Shown here: positions 1 through 12,600 of the stretch, one piece after another | Layout of the letters: each line of letters starts with the position of its first letter | Position numbering within the stretch: position 1 is the stretch's first letter | Origin: Camelus ferus | Taxonomy: Eukaryota | NCBI RefSeq assembly: GCF_009834535.1 | Contig: NC_045706.1 | Span: 372,001-436,000 of the forward strand | Length of the DNA stretch: 64,000 bases | Reading direction: 5' to 3' | Made by a program: the position numbers and the translations under genes | Notes under the pieces: generated by a model | Database searches by the model: none | Seen by the model: the letters and a program-made list of their open reading frames with translations, nothing else | What the model was told of the DNA's origin: nothing

Positions 1-782
1 ACCGAGGGCTGACAGTCACGTTCCCACCACCGCCGCCACCACCTCAGTGACCTTAAACACTCGGCATCTGACGCAGTGACTCTCCTGCACCTGCCAGTGA
101 GCGGCCCGTTTTCTTGTGCTTCCAACTCTGTGTCTCCCTGGACATGGACCTGGAAACCACCCCCAGATTTTCAGACTTTGCAGCAGAGATACAAGCAGCC
201 CCTCAGAATAAATTATGCTATTGCTTCGGTTTTCTCCCCACCAGTAACTTTTATCAGACTAAAGTTTTACAGTCCCTGTTTTTCAGAAGAAAAAGCAAAG
301 CTGGGCCAGGTTAAACAAGGAGCTTTGTCAGCAGGGTGCAGCTGGGATGGGGACCCAGGACCAACCGTCCCCAGGCCAGGAACCGCCGTCCCACGTGGCG
401 GCCGACGGTATATTTGCTGTTAGTATTTCTCCCTATGTTGTGTTTTTCAAGAACCAAAGACAGGACCCTTAGCAGCCCTGACATCATCCCTCAGCCAAGG
501 CTGGTCATTGCTCCCCCAAGAAAAGTCTACATTTGGCCCCTCTGCATCAAGATACTAGGCGTCATCAGACTTAAGGTTTTAAATGTTTTCCTTGGGTACC
601 TCAGGGTTTTTGGTGCATGAGGTGGATGGTGTGAGGTCACTGTCCCTCTGCCCTAGGCTGGGGAGAGCAGACGGTGGGCTCAGGAGGAGCTGGGGCATAG
701 CCTCTGTGCCCTGAGTCACAGATGACCACCCGCTGCCTCCAGCCCAGAGCCCAGAACAAGAGCAGGATGGAGGTGAGATTGC

Positions 783-798
783 GGGGGGGGGGGGGGGG
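783..798 (+). repeat. Poly-G tract (G16)
   Basis: 16 consecutive G; shorter runs at 34922-34933 (G12) and 53738-53747 (G10). Confidence 0.9.
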
Positions 799-1717
799 CA
801 GGGAGCGCCCATCCTCCCACGGCCAGCTAAGCCAGGGCCCTCAGCCTGGTACAGCCCATGGAAGCATCACAGGCACACGCCCAGTGGGCACAGGCTCCCA
901 GAGGGAGAGCCTGCTGGTGGGTCTCCGCTGCAACAGGCCTGGCCCTGAGAGCACTGATTTTATCAGCACACCTGATCCAGCCGCTTCTCTGTGCAGGTCT
1001 GCCTCCATCTGCACCCGCCCCACCACTGCCCTGCCTTTCCCAGCCCTGGCTCCACTGGCGAGCACTCCATTTAGCCAGATACACAAGGAGGAGAGGACCG
1101 CACAACTGGGCCCCTCCCCCAGCCTCTCTCCCAGCGGGCACTCCTCCCCCGGCACCTACAGCCCTGCCGAGGCCTGGGGGAGTCTCCCTGGTCTCACCGT
1201 CTCAGTCAGGTCTGCTCAGTGTGGGTGAGAGGATGGTCCGGGCCACATCACCCCTGCACTCAGGCCCTAAAACGTCATTGGTTTTTCCGAGAAGTGAGTG
1301 CTGAAAACAAAATGCTCACCAGTAACTGCTGCTCACGTGCCCACCGTTAACCAGCACAGAATGACAACATGAGACCGATCGTGAAAAATATTCTCTCTAC
1401 GTGTTTACAAAGGTCGCCCTTGGCTAGGGGGCCGGGGGTAGGCCCTGTGAGGAGCAGGGGTGCTCTCCCCACTCCAGCTGCCTCGTGGGTCGGGCCCCTC
1501 CTGGAATCCGTGGGCCCCTCACAGCTCCCAACACGGCTCCCCGCGTCATTCGGTGGTTCACCGAGGGACCAAGACTCCGAGGACAGCAGGGCCAGGGTCC
1601 TGGGGTGGCCACAGGAAGGCAAGAGGAAAAGCCCACTGGTGACACCACATTCTGCAGAGGGCCAGTCTCCCGCCGAGGATCCACTCGATTTCGTGGCTCT
1701 TCCTCTCAGTCTCAGTG

Positions 1718-4700
1718 TCACTGGTGCTTATTTCTTTTCTTGGTACTTTTAAATCCTCGTGATGCACCTTGACCAAAACAGATGGTAGAAGGTATTCTGA
1801 AATGCAGAAAAAAAAAAATTCTTCGTACTAAACCACATTTTTTGCCAACAAACAACCCAACTCACAGCGCTGTCTGGTGCTCTGGAATCTTATTCTTCCA
1901 GCCTGGAACGTTCAGGGTGTGGGCGGCCCTTCGCCCACGGCTCTCCTGGCCCAGCCAGCCAGCCTGCTTCAGACCGGCTTCCCGGAAGGCGCGGGGGTGT
2001 TCTCCAGCCGCCAAGCACGAGAGGCTCCCCGCCTCCCGCCCCCGGGCTCAGCCTTCCTGTTGCCCTCGGTCCATCCGGACGAAACCCAACCCACCCACTG
2101 GAACCTGGGGCTCATGCTCATGCCAGAGTCTGGGCCACTGCTCGAGGGCAGCTGAGGGATGCCAGTTCACCTTCCTGTTGGTCTGGATTTGGTGGTGATC
2201 TTTTCCATTTCTCCAATGTTTTCCCCCAAATTAGATTTGAAGTCAACTTCAACTCAGGAATAGCATATTTAGCACTAGAAAGACAGACTCGTAGGCTGTA
2301 ACCCGAGCAATCACACCTGGTTCTCCACCCCAGCTCAGGCTGGGCAGGTGCAGGGCACTGCACTCCAGGCTGAACAGCAGGAGAAGCAGGTCATTTGAGG
2401 GGAGTGGGTAGGGTCAGGCTCTCACCTCCTGCCGAAGCCAACACTCCAACCCAGTGGCAGCTCCTCTTGGGGAGAATGCCGGCCCAGCATCAAACCTGGA
2501 ATTTTCCAGGGAAAGCACAGGCTCAGAGCCGGCTTCAGAAAGACGCCTGGGACTGACCTGTGGCCATAGGTCCGCCTCTCTCCGGAAGGTTCTGGGGGCA
2601 GCTCTGTGTGTTCAAAGCAGACTTCCATGGCGTCCCCTTCTGATGGCACCTGGTCACCCCCCAGGGCTTCTGCAGACACCTGCACGGCAGGCCCAGGCGT
2701 GGCTGGGCTGGGGAAGACAAGAAGGCGCGAGCTCCTATAGCCCCCGGGCTTCCCCCAGGAATGAACTCACAAAGCTATTTTATAACTATTTTGCCAAAAG
2801 TAACTTCCTGGCTACCAGAACTAGGAGAAACGTCTGTGTGATATAAGACACGATTTATGGATTTAGGCGTAATGATCGTACTTTGCTTTTCAAAACCAGT
2901 ATTTATATGGTGTCACATGGTAAATGATTACTAAGAGTACTAGACATCTCTCTGTAACAATTAGTGAGAAAGTTACTAAACTCAGCCATAAGATACTGAG
3001 TGTCTTTCCCATAATACTATGTCTCAATCAAACATTGTAGGGTTTTCTCCCTTAAAACGAGTCCTTGAAAAGAAAAGAATTACCTTACCCCCAGGGGCCT
3101 TGGAAAAATCTCTCATATTGTAGTGGATTCTCCTGATTATTTCACTTTAAACAGCGAAGTCTTGTCTGGGGATAATTTAGTCTAAAAAGACTTCAATCAA
3201 CACAATTTTTAGGTGATTGTGAAGTTTCAGCTGAACACATCAGTTAATGAAAAGGCAAACAAATATAACACAAACTTAAAAATTATACCCAGGGGAACCT
3301 CCCCATAGGACATTTTGAGCAGTAGCATGTAGCACTCGGCTTTGTCAAGTTCATCTACCTACAGGACAAATGAAAAACCAGAGGGCCCCACACGAGCGGA
3401 GGGACTCACAGCCCGGGACAGGTTCCCAAAGGCCCTGATCAGCGATGGAGGGGAGGCGACGGGCCGGGTGGAGGTGCAGGCACAGCTGCGAAGCGTGAGT
3501 GTGCAGGGGGTGGGGCTCTTTCTGCAGGCCCTGCAGACCCTGCCACGGTACCCCAGTCATTCCCAGCACAGACCAGGGAAGCCAGGTTCTCCCCTCCTGT
3601 CCTCCTGCAGCAGAGGTGCCACATGTGAAACCAGCCCTATCTGTTTAATTCCTCTGGGTTAATAACTCCCGACCTATCTGGGTTTCCGTTACTGGCAGCT
3701 AAACAGGACGTTAAGTGACAGGGGTACCCTTAAAGTCTCCGTATCAAAGGAGTTCTACGCTTGGGAAGTGGCTTCATACCCTTTGCTCTTCCTTGGTTTA
3801 TCGAAGCGGAAGTCCGCAGGGTAGAGGTGACGTGTCACCAGGTGCTCCTTCCTGTCTCTGCTGGTCCTAAACTTCTCTGTGCAGCCCTCCACCAAGCACT
3901 GGTACTGAAACAGAAACAGTGTCACTGCACCCTGACCCCTGGGCAGCCCCCCGGCTCTGGCACCACAAGGCACGCAATGGGGGAACAAGCCCTCATGATG
4001 TGCCCTCGGCCCTTGGGTGAGACGGTCACCCACCATGTCCTGCCGCTCAGCCAGGATCTGGAACAGGGAGTCGTGCCACTCCAGGATGTGGGTGTCCAGC
4101 AGGTGTCCCGAGGGAAAGGCCCGCTTGCAGAAGGAGCAGACGTTTCTGTGCAGAGTGTGGTAGTGGTGCTCGAAGTCCTCCAGGGCGTCAAACACCTGGC
4201 AGCACCCGGCTACCTGACAGGTGAACTCGGGCACCCTGGCAGAGGAAGTGGCCTGGTGGGGATGCCATTCCACGGAGGACAGAACTCCCTGTTACCACAC
4301 CCCTTTTAGTGGTCTGATAAAGCTTCGGATTTTCTCTTGCAGTCCCAACTCCCATTTTTCTAACAGTTATATTTTCACAGACCAGGCAGACACTGAGGAG
4401 GCCAGTCACACCGACGACGTAGACGGTGGTCCAGACAGAGGGGCGGGCAGGGAGGAAGGAGCGAGGAGGAGACAAAGAGGGGGCCCGCGCTGGGTCACAG
4501 CGCTCACCTGGGCCTCTCGGGATCCCCAGCCACCTGCGTGAGCACATCCTGGAGATAGAGGTGCCGCTGCACATCCCCGTCCTGCAGGAGACAAAGCTGT
4601 CCCAGTTCTGACCTCGCCCCATCTAGCCCCCGTCCAGGGCCCCACACCGACAGGCCCCGCCCCTAGCCTTACTCCCGCCCCACCAGACCCCGTCCAGGGC

Positions 4701-5020
4701 CCCGCCCTGAGCCATAACCCCGCCCCCCACAGGCCCGCCCACCGGCCTCCGGTCCCGACCAGCCAGGCCCCCACCTAGCCTTATTTCCGCCCCGTCCAGC
4801 CCCTGCCCCAGGCACCGCCCCCGGCACCGCCCCGGCCCCCAACTGCCCTCTCCCTCTGCTCACGCACCTCGAAGAACTCGTGCTCCCGTGGGAATCGTAC
4901 CTGGCGCGCCGCAAAGCGGAAGGGCGTGGTCCCGGCCGCGGGGTCCCGCTCCACGGGCAGCGGCTCGGCCTCCCCGGGTGCCCCCGCCAGGCGGGCGTGT
5001 AGTGCAGGCGGCAGCTGCAT
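1718..5020 (-). CDS. ZNF511: Zinc finger protein 511 (C2H2), 6 coding exons, 260 aa
   Basis: Exons (minus): 5020-4868, 4581-4508, 4235-4034, 3904-3780, 2707-2558, 1796-1718. All introns GT-AG; total 783 nt. Starts MQLPPALHARLAG; has CQVAGCCQVF..HHYHTLH, CSFCKRAF..HILEWH and CLVEGCTEKF..HLVTRH fingers; ends IPSTICFGQGASRGFKSTKKRNKHQ*. Matches recalled human ZNF511 with about 8 extra aa at the start of exon 5. Confidence 0.97.
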
Positions 5021-5099
5021 CGCCCTGCGCGCCGGCGCCGCCACAGCCTGTCGGCCACCGTCCGCAAGCCGGCCGGGCCGGAGCCGGATGTGACGTCAC

Positions 5100-5190
5100 G
5101 CACCACGTCCGGCGCGGGCGACACAGGCTGCGCGGCGGGCTTGGCGGGCTTGGCGGGCTTGGCGGGCTGGCCCCGGGCGCGGCGCCTGCG
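5100..5190 (+). other. TUBGCP2: TUBGCP2 non-coding first exon (5' end approximate)
   Basis: Strong donor GCG|GTGAGT at 5190/5191 in the CpG island; next acceptor CGCAG|AG at 6665/6666, 10 nt before the ATG. Confidence 0.75.
5134..5169 (+). repeat. Tandem 9-mer (GGCGGGCTT)x4
   Basis: Three exact units at 5134-5160 plus GGCGGGCTG at 5161-5169. Confidence 0.95.
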
Positions 5191-6675
5191 GTGAGTCGGG
5201 CGGGGGCGGCGGGGCCTGAGTCTGGGAGCACCGGGTCGGGGTTGAGGCCGGCCGGGAGCCGCAGCCGGTGCCCTGCTCTAACCCCGCGCCCCGAGCGGGG
5301 TCCGCGCGCGTGCTGGCGGCGTCCGCGCCGGCTCACGCTCGCTGTTCTGTCCTCCTGTTTGGAGGTGCCCTGCTTCTGGCCAGCGTTTGACGTTTGTGTG
5401 CCGCGACTCTCAGATTTGCACACCGAGACCCTGTTTTCCGTCGCTCGGGGTCAGAGTCTCTGTCTCATGGGAGAGTTAGGGGTCAACACTCGTGCAGCGG
5501 GAGGGGGCTGAGCCTCCCTGGCCTGATGTTTGACGCGGGGCTCGTCTTCAGTGGAGCTGGTGGCACCGTGGTCCTTAACCTTTTTTGGGTCACAGAGCCT
5601 TTGAGAATCTGTTGAAAGACCTCTCAGAAAACTCACAGACAGAAATGATTTTGCTTGTCATTTCCAAGAGTCCTTTTTGTTGGTGGTGAACCAACATTAT
5701 GAACCCTGTGGAGATACACTGAAATGTTTATGTGAAATATGTATAGTTTCCTCGTGTTTATTTTTTGAATCTCTGGCTAATTGCCTGTGCGGTGATAATG
5801 GCTGACTGGACGGGTCATCCAGGGGAAGACAGAAGTCCCTGAGCAGTCCCCCACTGTCTGCTGGGTGGGATTGCAGTTAGCCTTGACCCCAGTGGGCTGT
5901 GCGTCCGATGGGGAGGCCTGTGGACAGGGCAGGTCTGGCTGAAGCACTCAGCTCAAGTGTGCAGGAGATGCTTTGCAATCTTAGCAAAAAACCACGCCTG
6001 GGCCAGAAAAGGCAGCGTCCGAGGCACCGGAGTGCAAACCCAGAACTGGAGGGTGAACGCAGCTGCAGGTGCGGGCGTCACGGCGGGAACCTGGCCAGGG
6101 CAGTGGTTTAGGCCTGTGCGGAGCTACCTGTGTAGACCAGGACCCCTGAGGGCCAGACCCCTGTGTCTGCATGGCTAGAGCGAGAAGGGACGGGAAGGTG
6201 CTGTATGCTGACCAAGGGAGCAGCTGCCTGCTGGCCCAGGGCCATGTGAGGTTGGAGTCACCAGGAGGAAGGGGCCCAGGCCGGTGGGGCCACACTCTCA
6301 CTGGCTGCGCAAGCAGCTCCCTGAGCTGAGGAGCAGGTGTGGAAACTCTGGGCTCCCACAAGGAGCTGCCCACTGAAGGCAGCCTCCAATAAGAAATGAC
6401 AGAACACACCAGTGGGCGCCACCTGGAGGGCAAGGAGGACTCACCCTAGGAACGAGCCCCGCCTGGGGGTGGGCAGGCCCTGTCATGGGGGTGTGTGGTG
6501 TCTGCCTGGGGGACTGGTGGGCCAGGCTGGGCCCTGTGACAGTTTGGCTTCCCAAAGACCTGATACTGGCCAGATTCAGTTACTTGAATGGTTTTTTATT
6601 TATGGGTTTTATTTTTATAAGTGGCTTTCCTCTTACTTTAAGGAGAACACATTGTGATGTCGCAGAGCCAAGACT

Positions 6676-9600
6676 ATGAGTGAGTTTCGGATTCACCATG
6701 ACGTCAACGAGCTGCTCAGCCTGCTGCGGGTCCGCGGGGGTGATGGGGCCGAGGTCTACATCGACCTGCTGCAGAAGAACAGGACCCCGTATGTCACAAC
6801 CACCGTGTCTGCACACAGTGCCAAGGTGAGTGCGCGTCCCGGAGTTTACACTCCTGTTGGGCAGCCTCAGCAGTGCCAGTGCAGGTGGCAGGCAGCACTT
6901 GACAGATGCTTTTCGTGGATATGTGCTCTGCTCAGCACTCCTGCTGACTCCTCAGTGGCCCCATCAGTCAGCCTGTTGTACAGACGAGGCAGTGAGGCTC
7001 AGGTAGGATGCAGGGCTGTCTGCCTGACCTCAGACTCAGTCTCTGAACCACAGCCTCCCTGTACCCCCTGAGGAGAAAGACGCAGATAGTCCTGATTTCC
7101 GCTCACATCTCGACACACAGATATTCCCATGGGTGAAAAGGAGGCTCCTGGCATTAACTACGTTTAAATCCTTTTAAAGTAGATTTTCTTTCTTTATTAA
7201 AATAGTATGTAATTCAGAATTACACCTCAGTAAAAGATGACTTTGAAATCTAGTTTAGAAACCCGTTGTGAGCCTTCGTTTATTTAAATAGTCTGATAAC
7301 AGCACAGGGATAATTCAGAACATTTACTGAGCAGACTAGAGAGTCTAGGACACACAGTGACATTTAGCATATTATAAGTGGGTATTTTAGTTAATGAGAA
7401 AATGTAACTGTGAACCTGTATGTAGTGATGAGTTCCAGAGGAACAGAGTTAAATGTGTAGACAAATGCTGGGAGGTCGCAGCTCAGGCTGGGGAAGCAAA
7501 CGAGGGAGGAACCTCAGAGGAGAGTGCGGAGTTCAACAAGGAATTTCAGTGCATTTGCTCAGTTTTATTTTGGAGATTTAGGACTGTTCCATCTGCCTGA
7601 CGTCACTCTGATTGCTGTTTTGGGTTTAGTTTTCTACAAGATTTTTTGAGATTCCTGATTGTTGTCACTGTGTCCCTCTATCTATACTTTTGAGGTTAAA
7701 ATAGCAGAGTTTTCTCGTACTCCTGAGGACTTCCTGAAGAAATACGATGAACTGAAATCAAAGAACACCAGGAACCTTGACCCCCTGGTGTACCTGCTGT
7801 CAAAGCTCACGGAGGACAGAGAGGTGGGTGCTGGCTCGGCTGGGTTGGAAGGACCTCTCTGTGTCTCAGAAAGACGGATGGATGTGTGTCCTTGTGGGGT
7901 CATGCTAGGCCGTGCAGCTTGTCAGTTGGGGTGACAGCCATGGGGCCACCTGACCTCTACTCTCTGACCCTGGCACCTGTCCTTGAGCTTTCCTGGCCTT
8001 GCACCTGTAGCGCGTTGAGGTCACAGAGGACTCCGTGCACCATAAAGGTGCATCGGAACGGAAGTCACTCGTGTTGGTGACAAACACAAGGTGGTTAACG
8101 CTGCCTCTGGGGCGGAGGGACTTCCGTTTCTGTGGTCCGGGCTGTGTCTTTGTTCTAAAGTGAGCATGTGTTACTTACGATGCTTAGAAGAGTGCAGAGG
8201 TGCCGAGGTGCCTGGGCATTCAGTGCTTCCACTCACTTCATGCGCCTGCGGTCTCGGGGGAGGGTGCGGCTGGGCACAGGGTGGCCACCAGCGCTGGCCA
8301 CTGGTCTCTCGCAGCAAGGGAGGCCAGTCATGGGCTGCTGGGAATGAGTTTGGGATGCTGTCCTCCTGAGATTTGGGGATGTGGCACCTCATGGCAGAAA
8401 GCTCTGGGAGACTGTGCTGCAGCTCAGGGACTGGCAGTGCCCAGTGGAGGGCACAAACACGCCGGTCCGCAGGACTCCAGGTGCTGTGTGCTTTCAGACT
8501 CTGCAGTACCTACAGCAGAATGCCAGGGAGAGGGCAGAGTTCGCAGCAAGCACCGCCACCAGTGGCACCACCAACTTCAATGCCCCAGCCACAGCCTCTA
8601 AGATCTCCATGCAGGAGCTGGAGGAGCTGAGGAAGCAGCTGGGCAGCGTGGCCACGGGCCCCACGTGGCAGCAGGTACCACGTTGCCGCAGCCGGGTGGG
8701 TGCCGGGTCTGACTGTGGAGACACTCCTGTCCGGTCCTGGCTCCTTGGGGTGGCCGTGTGGCTTGTCCCCAGCCCCTCGCACTGTGATGGGCTTGGACAC
8801 GTTTGTCTCACGTCCACTTGTATTTGTTGACCCTCACGTGTGCTTAGGGCCCCACTTTTTACACTGCAGACCTGTTAGTTTTAAGTGTTTGTACTGAAAT
8901 TGTATGTGTCTTTTCTGTTTTTGAAACACATTTTCCCCAGTCTCTGGAACTCACAAGAAAGATGCTTCGAGACAAGCAGAACAGGAAGAATCTGGGCCAG
9001 CACCTCCCAGTCTTCCCGGCCTGGGTGTATGAGAGACCCACGCTTCTCGGGGACTTCCTGGCAGGCGCGGGTGTGAGCACAGATGCAGCTGTGCCTATAG
9101 GTGCGTGAGGCCTGGAGCTCTGGCAGTGGGGACCTGGAGGCACCTCTGTTTGCCTGGGGATGCTGTGGTGGGAGGGCTACAGCCCCCCAGGCCCTTCCTG
9201 CCCTTGGTCATGCTGCAGCTCACGATGCCCACCTTTTGCCATCCTCCACACCCCTGTCCCCAGTCACCAGTGGGTGGTGACTTGCCAGCGTCTGGGCTGG
9301 GTCTTGTCTGGGTTTTAGGAGAGCCTGCGTCCCGGGCTCTGTGCAGACTAGGGGCGACAGGCTGACCAGGGTCCTCCTTCCAAGCAGCGAGGCATGGTTA
9401 CTGCAGATTCTCCCGCAGCGGTGCCAGGCTTGCCATGCTGGCCTTCACGTGTCCAGTCCAGACAGCCGAGGGGCAGCTGGGGATGTGGTATTTGCGCACC
9501 TTGCCTGCACCTCCCACCTGGCGAGCACTTCTTTGGGTGGGAAGCTGTGTCCCACCTCCTGCTCAGGGTGCACGCTTGAGAGGAAACGCGTCATGGTGCG

Positions 9601-12600
9601 TGCTCGAAGAGCGGTGCCCACGGGGAGGTGCCAGCACAGCCTGTGTGGAGGTGAGAGGCGTGGGCACGGGAGCCTGTGCTGCACAGGTTCTCCAAGGGTG
9701 GGGAGCAGGGTGGGCGGGGCAGGCCCCGTGTTGCCGGCCTGGGGAGCCAGCAGGTGAGATGCCACTGGCTCCCCTGCACACCTGGCAGGAGCCAAAGAAG
9801 TTTAAGAGCTGCTGAGGGAGTCTGTTGCTATGGCTGTGGACTTTGCTGACACCATGTTTGTGTGTCTGGATCAGTCAGAGGAGACAAGGTTCCAGGCCTC
9901 GCATGAGGCACCACCTCTTTTGGGGAGGCCCAGCCGGGGAGGGGAACCCAGGCACTGGCTCTTGAGGGCAGGCCATGCTTTGGGTGTCCGACGAGGAAGT
10001 TTTCTACATTTGGGGTTGTGCTACTGAGGCAGATGCTTTCACACACTGGCCACGGGCGTGCCTCGCTGTCGGGGTCCCCAGGCCGGTTGCATGGCAGCGT
10101 TCCCTGGGAGAACTCGAGGTGTTCTAGCCCATGTCACTCCAGCAGCCACGCTATGCGGGTTCCAGAGGTGGGATCAGTGTTGGTCCTCTGGGCCCGTGTC
10201 ACCTTCTTACCCTGTCCCTCCCTGGCCCAGACTGCAGGCCATGACGCAGCACCCTCCACAGCCCTCTGGCCACTGCCCTGTCCACGTTCAGACCCCTGTG
10301 GTTGGCATGGCTGTCCTCAGCCCTTCCTTGGCCTCCCCCTGGCAGAGCTTCACCCCCAGGAGTGGGCAATGCGAGACGTCCCCCCGCTGGCTGAGTGGTG
10401 CCCATCCCACCTCCCTGTGGTCACCTTGCCATCCGATTCCCTTCTTAGAGCTGAGGCAGGTCCCCATCCACGCTGGGCCATCCCTCCACACACAGGTCTC
10501 CAGCTCCATCTGCTTGCCCAGGCCGTCCTGTCAGCAGCCAGATGGCGTAGCAACTGCCGTCCTTACAAGTCCTGCCCTGACCCAGGGCCTTGACATCGAG
10601 GCCACAGGCACAGGCGGCTCCCATGCAGCGGCCTTTGCTGGGTCACTGAGCCCCGTGCTCAGATCTGGTAACACAGCCCGATTTCCCTGAATGTTCGGGC
10701 AGTACTGGGTGGTCTGTGGTCCCCTCCTGGCCTCCATTTTGTTTCTCCCTCTGCCTCATCTTGAGTCCTTGCGCTTTGCTCCTGGGTCTCATGGATTCTC
10801 CCCCTCCCAGGTGACCCATCTGTTTTAAGGAATTGGAAGCTCCCGGTGGGGTCCCAGCTCTCTGTCCCTTACACAGCTCTCCTGAAGTCCTGCCTGTGTG
10901 TGGCCTTCCGTCTGCCAAGAGTGTCCACAATGGGCTCCTGACCTTCCCCAGGCACCCCTCCTCTCCGTGTGGTGACTGGCATCATCTGTATCTGCTTCCC
11001 TTCTGCTGCACTAGCCTGGCCCCAGCCCCCAGCTGTCACCCACCCTCCAGCTGCAGGAGAGGGCCTCTGTCCACTTTCCCCACTCAGGGCTCAGCACCTT
11101 TCACAGAATTTTGCATGGTGAAGGCATGTTGTAGGTCCATTCTGCGGTGCCCCAGCCATCTGTGGCCGGTGGGCAGCGAGTGGCTGGCATGGCAGGGAAA
11201 CGAGTTTTAGTTTCCTTTCATTTGGCCTTGGGAGCCAGCAGCAATGTGTCAGAGTGGAGATCTGAGCCCACCTCCTGCCCACTACAGCCCTCTCTGTCAT
11301 CCCAGTGCGGATCTGAGTCAGGTCTGCCCTGCGAAGCCTCTCTAGTGACCCTGCACCCCGGTGAAATCCTGATGGCTCCGTGTGGCTTCCCATTCCAACT
11401 TCTGTGGGATGTCCCCTCACCCTGGAGCGTCCCGTGTCCCTTTGAGCTCAACTGCAAGCTGGCTGTGTCTCCCACTCGTACAGGCTGTGATGTTCTCCTT
11501 TCCACACAGGGGCGGGGGAGGCTGGGCCAGCATCTGCCCCAGGACCCTGAGTTCCCCACCCTGGGTCTGCACCCTCCCCCACTGCCACGGACTCCTCCCC
11601 GTGAACCTCAGCCGGGCCTTGGCTAGGGCAGTGTGGAGATTGGAGGTGAAATGTGTGAGGTTAGGTTAGTAGCCCTGCGCTAAGGAATGGCAGCCAGTCG
11701 TGCCCACCTCAGGGGGTCACAGAGGCTGGAATCTGAAGGCCACCACAGCTGTAGAGAAAAACAGCCTGGGGTTCAGACAGCAGCTTTGAGCCCCAAGTGA
11801 CCAGTGCCTGGACAGACAGCTGCTGGGCTCCAGCCTGCCCTGCTGCCTCCCTTGCCTGCAGACGTGTGGGGCCAGCAGTGCTTCCGTGAGCCCCATCCGA
11901 GCTGCCAGGCCTTGGTTTTGGGTGCCCTGAGCTGACACAGCACCCACGGGGCTCGGCAGGGAGCCGGGGCTGGGGCGCCTTTCTCCTGTGCTGCCCCTGT
12001 CCTAGTGTGACCATGTGCCCAGCAGGTGTTGGGCAGGACGCTGAGGATCGTTCTGGACCGAGAACCGAGAGGCAGGGGGGTCCAGGCTACGAGGCATTTG
12101 GGGGACGGCCCTGGTCCATGGCCTTGATTGCCCTGAGTCCTTTGGGGTCTCGGAGCCGTTTCAGACTGTGCGTACAATAGAAACCACTCGCGTTTTAGTG
12201 ATCAGAGAAAGCCTTTTTATCCCAGGTTTGTTAGGTTGTAGTGAGCATCGCTAGTACAATACGGTCAGAGGTGCTTTTTAAGCCCCAGCTCTGTCCTCTT
12301 AGATGTCGCACGCTCGTTCGCGTGCGCAGGTGTCTGCCCAGTGCTCCGAGGCTCTGCCTGGCCTGCTGCCGGGTCAGCGCCTTTCCTGGTGTTGGTTTTG
12401 GGGCCTCAGCCTTTGGTGTTCAGAGGTATCAGTTGAGTCGAGTGAAGGACTTGGTGTCTATATTCACGAGCACTAGAAGCAGTTACACGGAGGGCAGCCA
12501 ATGGAAAGACTCTGCTGGGAGTGGGGGTCTGGTGGAAGGTGAGCCCCAGCCATGTCTGCACTCACAGGCACGCTGCCCCTGACCTCCCAGGAGTCAGCCG

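Larger units (their letters stand above)
4600..5420. promoter_or_regulatory. CpG-island bidirectional promoter shared by ZNF511 and TUBGCP2
   Basis: Very CpG-dense. ZNF511 ATG at 5020 (-) faces the TUBGCP2 first-exon donor at 5190/5191 (+). Overlapping ETS (CCGGATGT 5084-5091) and full CRE (TGACGTCA 5091-5098); many GC boxes. Confidence 0.9.

Noticed and set aside
336-620. RTNRPQARNRRP as a possible MSX homeobox N-arm
   Set aside because: No helix motifs or WFQNRR follow; coincidental.
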